Shown here: in pieces, positions 1-10,900 of the stretch
How the letters are laid out: the number at the start of each line of letters is the position of its first letter
Position numbering within the stretch: the stretch's first letter is position 1
Assembly: GCF_902459465.1 (NCBI RefSeq)
Contig: NC_047080.1
Span: 10,974,001-11,038,000 of the forward strand
Source: Asterias rubens
Lineage: Eukaryota
Direction: 5' to 3'
DNA: 64,000 nt
Program-made: the position numbers and the translations under genes
The notes under the pieces: generated by a model
What the model was told of the DNA's origin: nothing
The model's input: the letters and a program-made list of their open reading frames with translations, nothing else
Databases searched by the model: none

Positions 1-54
1 TGTTCACAGGTTTGCTATTTCATGTATATGTTGGGTAACTCAAAGGTGTTGATA

Positions 55-254
55 CTGGGCCCAATTTCATAGAGCTGCTTAAGCACACAAATAAGCTTAA
101 ACATTTTTTGCTAAGCAAAAAAAAGCAGGGTAGCAGTCACAGATTTTACAAGTGACCTGGCAGTTTGGCTTGTAACCTTACTCTGGTAGCTATAAATGTT
201 TTGTGCTTAGCGGCTTTTTGTGCTTTTAAAGCAGCTCTATGAAAATGGATTCTG
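55..254. mobile_element. MITE-like element, GGGCCCAATTTCATA terminal-inverted-repeat family
   Basis: Ends ctgggcccaatttcatagagctgc ... gcagctctatgaaaatgg. Related copies at ~12641-12894, 14205-14380, 21801-21978, 32994-33187, 45316-45493, 51116-51298 and 52359-52645. Confidence 0.7.
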
Positions 255-324
255 GTCTTTGGCAAGTGGCAATGTTGTCTGAATACTTAAGACACTGTTC
301 AGATTACTCCAGGATCAGTTCAAG

Positions 325-2433
325 ATGTCAGGAGGGGAGAAGATTGAGATGATAATTGACTGTGACCCTGGGGTCGACGATGCGGTGGCCATCATGATGG
401 CGCTGACTCAACCCAGTGTGAATCTACTTGGACTCACCTGCGTTGGTGGAAACACACCCATTGATAACGTACTCAGGAATGCACTCAGGGTGTTGAGAGT
501 TTGCAATAAGCCAAGCGTGAGTTGCCTTCTGTTTTTTTTCTTCTTTTCACAAAACTTTGAAGATGCAGTGATGGCATGATTGGTGGAATATTTTGTTTGG
601 CGGCCAAGTGTTTTTAGCAAAAGTGATAAGTGTGTAAAGTTACTGATTGTGAGGAAAAAGATTTTTTTTTTCTTTTTTTTTTCGCGTTTTACAGACCCTT
701 ACTGAGAGAAACAAAATTTATATTATGCAGGCCTAGCACTACATACAGGCCCTCTGTTGCCCATGGTCTTGGTCTTGGTGCCCCTTCAAAAGTTTCCCAA
801 ATTGCCCTTTGCCAAATGAAAATGGCCTTGCCCTTCCTTTCAAAGATGAAACTCCAGGCCTGATTATGCAGATATTCAATCGAACATGAGCTGCGTATAA
901 TGGAGTAGTTGATGATCTTTGTGTGTAATTACAAACAGATTCCCGTTTACAGAGGATCAGCGATCTCTTTAGTGTGCCTAAACCATCTAATTTTCGAAAA
1001 TGTTCATGGCTCTGATGGTCTCGGGGACGTTCCAGATCCAGACCCACCCAGCCTTGATCTCGTCCAATCAGAGCATGCCGTCCATGCCATGATTCGCATG
1101 ACAAAGGAGAAGCCTGGTCAGGTGACCATGGTGGCCATTGGACCGCTGACCAACCTGGCCCTCGCGATTCGACTGGACCCGGGGTTCACCGGTAGACTGA
1201 AGAAGCTGGTAATCATGGGAGGCAACACAGAAGGTGAGTGGATGGCCTTATGAAGAATATTACAATCTCACTTAGCATAGGGGTAAATCATAGCAACCCA
1301 CCGAAAAGTGCTATACTCAATTGTCGTCCCTGTCTGCTGGGCAAGCCCTCTTTGCCTCTGTAGACATAAAGATCAATTTGAACCAGCCTTGAACTTCACT
1401 CTGGTAAAGGGCTCCTCTATAAGAAAAATGTAATTTTGCACTTGAACTTTGCACAGGGCACCACAGCAAAAGCAAAGGGCACCACAGCAATAAAAATTAC
1501 AACCCCAGCAAAAAATCTGCTTCGTTGTAGTAGAATATAGCAAGACAATTTTCTCAAAAGAAAACAATCTACCCAGCAGGTAGATATACACATGGTGTTA
1601 CTGCAAACCAATCGATGATACCTCACCATGCAATGCCTCAGATCTTATTTACAGCAACATCCCCTGATTGTTGTCGGTACTATCGATTATAATCACGACA
1701 CCTGTTCTTCTCAATAGGATCTGGTAGTATGACTGACGCAGCAGAGTTTAACTTCTGCATGGATCCAGAGGCAGCCCACATAGTGCTGAGCGATGTGCGA
1801 TGTCCAACAACAGTCATAGGTTGGGAAACGTGCATCAACAACAGACTGCCCACGGTAAGTTATAAGATTACATATCGGTTATGACTTTGTAATGATGTCT
1901 CTTTTTTCCAGAGATGTGTTTTTGAACTTTTCTTATTTCGAGGCCTGTGTATTGCCATTTTTTTCTGAAGTATGCACGCATCTACAGATAAGATATCTAA
2001 CAACGACTCCAACACACTGCACTTCAACCCCCGTCTTTTAAGTTTTTTTTAAACGGTGAGATAATTATTTTGTCTATAGCACATTTTCTTCTCTGTGTCA
2101 TTGCAGGAATGGTTTAAGAACAACATGCCCCAGTCTCGGACTCCAAGAGGAGCTTTCATGAACGCCATCCTCTCCGATCACCATCTGAAACTAAACCTCG
2201 GCACAGTGCCCGACACCTTGGCGATGGCCGTTGCCATCCGCCCAGAGATAGTTCTCAAGTCGCTGACCTGCCCTGTCATAATAGAGCTCGGCGGTCAGGT
2301 CACCAGAGGCCAGATGGTCAAACGGGTGATGAACACAGAGCGCCTGCCACGAGGGCCAGAGGTCGAGGTGGTGATTTGCTGTGATAATAATATATTCAAA
2401 CAGCTTTTTGGTGACATACTGGAGAGGTCTTAG
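325..2433 (+). CDS. Inosine-uridine-preferring nucleoside hydrolase family protein, 4 exons, ~316 aa
   Basis: Exons 325-516, 939-1233, 1718-1854, 2107-2433; all GT-AG with consistent phase. Contains the DxDxxxDD Ca-binding motif (DCDPGVDD), HGSDGLGD, IGPLTNLA, MGG, AEFNF.MDPEAA and ELGGQVTRGQM. Confidence 0.95.
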
Positions 2434-3265
2434 TACCATTCCTTTTGTTGCTTTGTTTTTAACATGCAGAAGTATTTTGAGTAATAAACCACAAGGGAAG
2501 CTCAAATCTTACTAGAGCTGGATTTAAACCTGTGACCTTCGTATTAACGCGCTGGCACTTTACCAACTAAGCTATCTCACCCTCTGTTGGCGTTGGTAGT
2601 CTCCCTATTTTGTCAATAGATTCTTTGTTTGGGGGTGCCAGACAGTCTTGGGAAGTCATTCAACCAGTAACTGCGATATAAACAGGGATCACACCTGTAG
2701 GCACCCAAGTTTACGAAACAAATTGGTGAGAAGACAAAGGAGATTTCGACTTCCTATTTTAACTTTTAAACCATATTCTATTTTGTTAAAACTATTTTTA
2801 AAAGAAACCAACAAAACATATTATTTTGTTTATATATACTTATTTTTAATTACCCAGTATGAACAAAAAGCACTTTGACAATAGGTTATAATGAACTGAA
2901 TTCTTTGAGTGTGAATTCTTTAGATTTTCTTCTGTGAAAAGGGATGTTGAAAAAGCGAGACAACAATTTGTACAGCTTCTTTAAAATCTGTGCAAATTCT
3001 CTCAGCACAAACATATCTTGCTGAGCAGAAAAATGTTACCAGTCAAAAAACCAAACTATGTGTGTCATCTATAACCAGTACCCCGCTCAGGTTTGCTAAG
3101 CAGAGAAATTTGAATTTGACATCTTTAGAGGAAAAAACCCTCTTCCTATAAAAAAATTAAACTTGGACGTGAATAAATTTTATTTTGATATAAAAACCGA
3201 TGACTTTGTTTTCTTTCTCCCACCATAACCCTCAATGAATTTTAATTCTAGACTAACTTGGTACG

Positions 3266-6200
3266 TCAGTGTGGTGCCACCTCAATGCTGTTAATTCTGA
3301 GCACAGATAGATCCCCATACACCTCTGAAAGAAATAAACAGACAAGACAAAATTAAGAATAGTGTGAACTACCGCAAAAGAAAAATCAAAAGCAATTATG
3401 AAAGATGTTCTGTTTCAAAGAAGAAAAAAACATTGATGAAGGGATTTTTTATTGTATAAGAATTTATGATGATGGAAGGACGTTGAAGCTAATTTCACTT
3501 TTATTACTACAGTATATCAGATAATAACAAAATGTATCACCAATAAACACAAATGCAATTTAAATATTACGGGAAGTTACAATCACAGAGAAGCAAAGTT
3601 TGTACAAGGTGGACTTGAGCTTAATAATACATAGGGTGCATTTGTTTAGCTTCCCTGGGTCTACCCCGCGGTGCTAACTTGGGTGAGCCCCTGACAAGAG
3701 CTAAACGAACGACCTCTCACCGCTCTCATAGTGACGTCGTTTACCTGGGGCCAGCCCCCAAGTGACCCACTCCACAAGCAGGGCACTGGGGGCTGACCTG
3801 GGTGAGCCCCTGGAATAACCTCAAAAGCTATTCGAACGCACCAGGGATGACCCAGGGAAGCTAAAAGAACACACCCTTTAATACAGTGCCGATTGGAATG
3901 TCCATGGTTCTTTTTCGAAACCATGGCTTAGGCTGTTTACTTCGGCTCCAAACCTTGTTAAAAAAAGTGCAAGGTAAGCGCACATTTTTCAACAACAAAA
4001 AACGACAGAACCCAAGCCCTGACGTCTTCCTTGTGACGTCAGAGCAAGGGGTCAATACATGTAGTTAATATTTTCCAAGTTGGATGGAGTTGTGTATCGA
4101 TGAGGTGATGACTTACCACGGTATTTCCTAAATCGTGTCCGTTGTCTCATCTTAAAGACGATTTTCTTCTGACTTTTGGTCTTCTCAATGACTGTGGCTT
4201 CAACTCTCACTTGCTCTGGACTACAATGTTAAGAATAAAAAGGGAAATTCAAGTTCACGAGTGAGATACAAATGTCATATAAGCCCTACCTTTTGATTGA
4301 GTAGAACTTTGGATTCTGGAGTAAAAAGTATAACAATTGTTTCCTCTTTACAATGGTATTGAAAATATTAATATTTTGGGAATGAATAAAGAAAAAATTA
4401 GTATAGCAGGACTTGAACCAATTACCTCTTGTGTTAGCGTTATGGTGCTTTACCACCTAAGCTATCTAGCCCTATGTTGGCGGTCAACATCTTTGTTCAG
4501 GAGTGCCAGTCAGAAGCCATACAACCATTAGCTGCCGTGTAGCTAGGGATCAAACACAAGCTAATGATACAACCTGGGAAGCAGCAGCCAGGGAACGGAA
4601 CTTTGTATTTCAAATACAAGGTAATAAACAACAAGGGAAACTTACTGGGTAAATCTTTTTAATAATTTGGGGTTGAACAAAGCTAAGTTTACTGGACTTT
4701 AATCTGCAACCACTGGATGAATGTAACTTTCGTCATTCATAAAGAATAACAACATGTAATGCATCTAATCTTGGTAAAAATGTCTTATGGTCTCTTACCT
4801 TAGAAGGGGTTTTCCGATGAGACTGAAATTATCACTTCCAACAAGCAGTATCTGAGACCGAAAACAAGAAGAAAGGGAAGAACAAAATAGTTTCTTGCAC
4901 TCCATAAAGTTTACATTGTTGCAACTGGTGCCCAACTCATTTTTTGCTTAGCAAAGAACTTCTTTGCTTAACAGCCTTGCACAAAATTAGGCCATGAACC
5001 AATCAAGGGCAGGACATAAAATATTTATATTTGTCTTCGAGCAAACTTTGACTGAACCCTTGATTCTGATTGGTCGATCCAATCCATACCAACAAGAGTG
5101 TGACATTAAACATTTATGAAGCAGTTGTGGAGTTTGTGATGAATACCCACCTTTCCCAAGCAAATTCTTTCTCCGACGTCTGCCGTGATGTGCTGCTGTA
5201 TTTGAATGAGGTCATCAGTGGTGACCTTGAACTGTTGGCCGGCTACGTAAACCACCGCAAAGAGTCGACTCTGATTAGACTGGATCTCTGATTCCACCTT
5301 CTGAAGTACATCTGAAGGGACAAAAATATTGCTGTAAGGCTACGTCCAATGGGCGGCTATGGCTGTTGCTAAGGGTGTTGCTATGGGCCTCCTGTGCTTT
5401 CACACATGTTTACCCAGCAATGAAGTCATAGCCACTAATTTGGACACAGCCTTAGTGTTGGTCAGGGTAACTTGAGATGTGACCGTCTTGCAACTACATA
5501 TCAGCGCTTAGGTCAAATATTCAATGGTCTTTTGTTATTTTATATTTCTGGTAGTGAAACCAAGGATGCCTCACAAGTGAACTTAATCACTGTAGCTCGA
5601 AAGCCTGAGAAAACTTGTAAACAAGGGTGTTTACTTGTTGCTATGCCAACCATTCTGATGGGAACAAGCTGCGTGGTATTCTGCAATTTACTCAAGAAAT
5701 TCTGACCAAGAGGTGGCTCCAATCCATACATTTACAACGGAACTACATAGCGTCGCTTCAGAACAAAACGTTGCATCTGAATTTCAAAAAATCTTAAAAT
5801 CTTGCTTGAAAATCTGCGCAAAACTATTGTACCACAACACATACTTGTTTTGAGCGTACATCAAGCTATTTTAAGCGAGACGTTTTGACAATTTCAAACT
5901 TGCACATAATGTTAGTGCTATTTTAGGTATGAAATTTCTGCATCGACATTTCTGCACTTGTTTCTTTTTATTATGTTAAATGAATACCTTTTGGTAATTC
6001 CTGTTCAATAACTGATGTGTTTGATGCTGATGAAGTCTGCCTCAGTAACCTACACAATAAAAGAGAACAAAAAACAATCACATTTTAAAGGGAAGGTAAC
6101 CCTTTAGAGTTTACACCAAAAATTAAAATAAAGACCATAAAAACTCACTTGGTAGGAAGCACTGCAGCTGTTGAACATTTTAAAGAAAAATCAATGAGAA

Positions 6201-7040
6201 ACAATTAATTCTGAGGTGGTTTATTCTCAACTTACCTCAATGAATTTCCTGTGCATTGGAGGCATCGTGGCTTGGTTGACACTAAACAAGGGATGTTTGT
6301 TCTTAATAAATCTGCAATTAATTAAAGGAATATCTAAACTAATGAAAAAAATCAGATTTTTCTTGAAACACTTCTATACCCTGCCACTACTCCTAGAACT
6401 ATTTTGGTTTCGTCCGGCTATCGTCTCCCGATAGCAGGACGAAACCAAAATAGTTCTAGGAGTACCCCGCCACCAGTTTTTTAACTGATTTGTCTCAAAA
6501 GGAATATCTTGTCTTTTATTCAGTAAACTAGACACTTCAATTTATATCTATTTTAATTTTTTTAAATATAAATAACAAAAATTTTTTTTTTAAATGAGTG
6601 AAAAAGTGGTGGCAGATGAGATACGAACATTATTTCATAAATAACAAGAAATGTAAGTTGGGGCAGGATATGGATATTCTTTCCTTTTCATGGACTCTCT
6701 CACGTAGATGCAACCATGGACGTAGAATGCAACGATGCAACCAACCTGAGCTAAAGCCAAGAAGCCGCAGACATCACTCGTTCCCCCATCCCATTGACAT
6801 GTGCACACGGCAGATGCAGCATGCGGTGAAGCGTACGACGTACGCACTTCTTTTCTTTCTTAACACGTATTTCAAACTTAAATGACACAAAATATATCTT
6901 AAATTGTAATGTATATCAACAATAAAATACTTACGTGTTGAAAACACTCGCTGTATCAGTTTTAGGTCACTACATAGTGAAATACCAGATAGTTTTCTTG
7001 CAGCCGAAAATGCTTGTAAACTTTTCACGAAGGCTGCCAT
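3266..7040 (-). CDS. MRPL21: Mitochondrial ribosomal protein L21 (bL21m), 7 exons, ~196 aa
   Basis: Exons 6935-7040, 6236-6281, 5988-6049, 5151-5311, 4799-4851, 4117-4220, 3266-3324. Motifs RLFAVVYVAGQQFKVTTDDLI, ILLVGSDNFSLIGKPLL, VRVEATVIEKT, LRINSIEVAP; N-terminus resembles a mitochondrial targeting peptide. The two small N-terminal exons (2 and 3) are inferred from splice signals and phase only. Confidence 0.92.
3634..3876. mobile_element. MITE-like element with TIR gggtgcatttgtttagcttccctggg
   Basis: Right end cccagggaagctaaaagaacacaccc. A related left end lies at ~11378-11500. Confidence 0.65.
6388..6464. repeat. Near-perfect 77-nt hairpin in MRPL21 intron 1
   Basis: tactcctagaactattttggtttcgtcc pairs perfectly with ggacgaaaccaaaatagttctaggagta; inner gctatcg/cgatagc closes a 5-nt loop. 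Confidence 0.9.
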
Positions 7041-7925
7041 CTTGAAAAGTACATAGCGCCCTCTCTGGATTTTATGTTGAAAACAAAGTTTGGCATTGGA
7101 CACTACGCACTGACTCACCAATGCAGCCTTTATTCGGCAACTGATGCTAAAAACTGATTGAAACATGATTTTTTAGCGGTTTTACAATCAGATTATTTGC
7201 ACTGTTTATCTCCATTCATAAAGCTCAACAAGGCTCACGAACTTATAAATCCGAAATAAACATTAACAATCATAGTTTGATCAACCAGACACTGGGCTGG
7301 TTGAGTTTTTATGAGGGGTGGTCAATTTCCTTATGGTCAATCCTGGAGGCCTATTTTGATCTACACCGCATGTGCAACAGCCAAGGCCAATCTTTATTTT
7401 ATCAGAAAATACTGCTCAACAAATGTCTTGCTAAGCGAAACAATAAGTTGCCAACAATCTCTTATGAAACCTGCTTGGCCTATAATCTGTTTCGCCTTCA
7501 GGCAAGATTTTTTTCTGTGCTTAGCAATTTTCTGTGCTTACTACAAGCTTTATTAAATCTGGCACATGGAGTGGACAACATGTGAACGCGGACTTTGTCT
7601 TGAGTGACATAACATGGTTTCCATCAAACAGCAAATTAGGGCCCCTTTTATGACGGACAACAAGTCGAACAGAACACTCAGAAGACAAACCATTTACCCG
7701 ACATTGGAATAAATAAAATCTATCTCTGAACTATTTGAATAAGGGTGTGTACCGATTTGATGATCATGCCGGCCGGAGTGTTATCTCATTAAACAATCAA
7801 GATAAGTGAAGTAAACCAAACAGCGGTCATGCATAGACGATAAATGAATGTCTATGTCATATCACAGATGAGTTTAAATTATTTTTAGCCTGCTATCCCG
7901 GCGGAGGCTAAGTTCGCTTCGCAAG
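7041..7925. promoter_or_regulatory. Probable bidirectional promoter between head-to-head MRPL21 and the SLC5A3-like gene
   Basis: Divergent ATGs 885 bp apart. Both start codons sit in the YY1-like motif CAAGATGGC. No transcript evidence available. Confidence 0.5.
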
Positions 7926-10900
7926 ATGGCTCCTCTTATTTCTGAGGAGCTTGCTACGGTGGATTTCGTTGTAATAGGACTATACTTTCTCTTCGTTTTG
8001 TTGGTTGGACTCGGGGTAAGTTGACAATGGTTTAATTTGGCCTATTTAGTTCACCCTTGTTGATCTAGTGGTCGTTTGGACTTTGACTCTGCCATATATT
8101 ATGTGTTTTAGTAGCTTGTTGTTGTGGTAGACTCAAAACAATCGCCATTTTAGGCCTATTAGTCAAATTTCAGACAAACCAAAATTGCAAATTGGTTGAT
8201 ATATTATTATTTCTCATTGACAAAACTGATTTTATGAACTTCTATTTGAAGTCAAATGTTCGAACGAGGGGAGTGGGTATAGGGTTTAAACATAGCTCTC
8301 ACGCGAAGCACACTGGCCGCGCGCCCCTCTCTTTAATTGCTTGGTGAGACCGACACCCCAGTATACACAGTATAGGGCGCGGCGGACCCAACATCGACTG
8401 ATTCAATCCAGGCTTTATCGGTTACCAAACTCAACTCAAACTGGTATAAGGAACTGTTCACAACTAGCCTCTATTGTTTGTCAACAAAGAATGAACACTA
8501 TTCTCAACTTCTTGTACGTAGAACAGTTGTTCAACCCCTCTTTAGGTTTCAATAAGGGTTTATAGTTTTGTGCAAACTTGAGAGTTCCGTAATGCCAGTC
8601 ACGTGTTCAACAAAGAGTTTGTCTTCACGTGATTTTAACGGAATCTTATTGGCCAGAATTAATTGGTTGCAAACCGGTGGGCGTTTTGCTCTTTGCTAAT
8701 TGGTCATTGTGTGAATATTCTTGGTGGCCTAGGAACGCCCAAATGAAAGTACTAGATCTTCTTGACCAAGACAAACAACTTTAATAACACAGAAGCCAAA
8801 CCTTTTATTGCAGTCTGTCTTGTGGTTTAATTTGTATTATTTTGTTCTCCAACAGTCCATGTTTAGGTCGAATAGAGGCAGTGCACAGGGTTATTTTCTC
8901 GCTGGGGGATCGATGTTGTGGTTTCCGGTGAGTACAGACCACAGGTGTCTATCCAGCAATTTAAAAAAAAATTGTTAACATTTTTAAAAATCCAAATACG
9001 AATAAACTCACTGCACTAAAACCTACCCCAGTCTAAACAAATCAATTAATTTACACCAACCTTATGTATTTTTTCATTTTGAATAACATTGCCTCGCTGG
9101 ATAAAACAAATTTGTACCAAAATGTTGGCTTTTAGTACAAACAAAAATATTTTCGAATTTGGTTGAGTATAAAGCAAAGTATCAATGATATAAAACTTAT
9201 ATCTTCTTTTTGTATTTGTATTAAAAATCATATTACACCGGTAGGCCTATAATTTATGTTAAACTGGGTTTTTATTTTCATTTGGATTCATGTCTATTGA
9301 ACAAAATTCTGGTCCCAAACCAATGTTGACATACAAGTTCTTGTAGGGGTTTCAGTTTTACTGGTTGTCCTAACTTTATTTTATTAATCTCTATTCTGAA
9401 GGTTGGGGCATCGCTATTTGCAAGTAACATCGGCAGTGAACATTTCATAGGACTAGCTGGTTCTGGAGCTACCTCTGGTATTGCAGTGGCTGCATTCGAA
9501 CTCAACGTAAACAATAATTATATTATTTCACCCGTATTATGTTAACTTTTCCCCCCTCCAGACTTTCTTAATATTGTGTGGCGTGTTACCAAATACAAAC
9601 AACAGAAAGGCCTGTTTGAATTTGTAATTGTGAAATTTGTCTTCATGTCTCTGTAATTGTTCTCATACAGACAATAAACAAGTAAATTGAATATAAAGTC
9701 CTATTTTATTTTCTGATTTGTCACCCAAATAAAACAAAATTTAGAGTTGAAGATCACTTACTGAAAAGAAATAAAACAAGATTCAAAATTGTATAGAACT
9801 ACAAAAGAATATTAGTTTTGAGGCATTGCATGGTGAGGTACCAATGTATTATTTGGTTTACACTAAGACTGTAGGCATATTGACATTAGCTGTGTAGATT
9901 TTGATTTTTTGGAACTAACTCTTGCTTTTTATTTTAACAGCCATACAACATCTAAATACAATTATTCAATACAACATTTTTTTTTCTTATTTCCATCAGG
10001 CGTTGGTGATAGTCCAGTTACTAGGATGGATATTTCTACCTGTCTACTTAGCTGGAGGGATCTTTACAATGCCAGACTATCTCCAGAAGAGGTTTGGTGG
10101 CAAGAGGATCCAGATGTACATATCCCTCCTCTCACTAGCACTCTACATCTTCACTAAGATCTCGGTAAGTGACAATTTAGGGCCTACTCTGTTGGATGAC
10201 TGCTCTTTCCAACAATAATTTGGTGGGTTGTCCAATAGGGGCTTCAGACCCCCTCCTTCTCATAACCCCACCTCTTTGGTGGTAAGAGGAATTCCAGATG
10301 TATAACATCTGTACCCTCTCTAGCACTCTACATCTTCACTAAGATCTCGGTAAGTGACAATTTAGGGCCTACTCTGTTGGATGACTGCTCTTTCCGACAA
10401 TGTTTTGGTGGGTTGTCCAATAGGGGCTTCAGACCCCCTCCTTCTCATAACCCCACCTCTTTGGTGGTAAGAGGAATTCCAGATGTATAACATCTGTACC
10501 CTCTCTAGCACTCTACATCTTCACTAAGATCTCGGTAAGTGACAATTTAGGGCCTACTCTGTTGGATGACTGCTCTTTCCGACAATGTTTTGGTGGGTTG
10601 TCCAATAGGGGCTTCAGACCCCCTCCTTCTCATAACCCCACCTCTTTGGTGGTAAGAGGAATTCCAGATGTATAACATCTGTACCCTCTCTAGCACTCTA
10701 CATCTTCACTAAGATCTCGGTAAGTGATGATCACAGAGTGAGGACTAGGGCCTACTCCATTGTATGACTACACCCCTATCCCAGGCCTGATACTGAAGGT
10801 TGCCTCCATTGAAATGCATTAAAGTGCCGATTGAAATCCTTTGGTAGAAATTTACAATTTCCTCATAGGGTTCCCTTTACCAGGAAGAAAATGCCTTGGT

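Noticed and set aside
7041-8760. TonE/NFAT5 osmotic element or ChoRE controlling the SMIT-like gene
   Set aside because: The one TGGAAA I checked (minus, ~7614-7624) fails the TGGAAANNYNY consensus, and the two CACGTG boxes (8600, 8626) are 20 bp apart rather than 5.
10093-10727. Regularly spaced repeats as a CRISPR-like array
   Set aside because: Whole 185-bp units repeat with no unique spacers, the context is eukaryotic, and the unit derives from an exon end.
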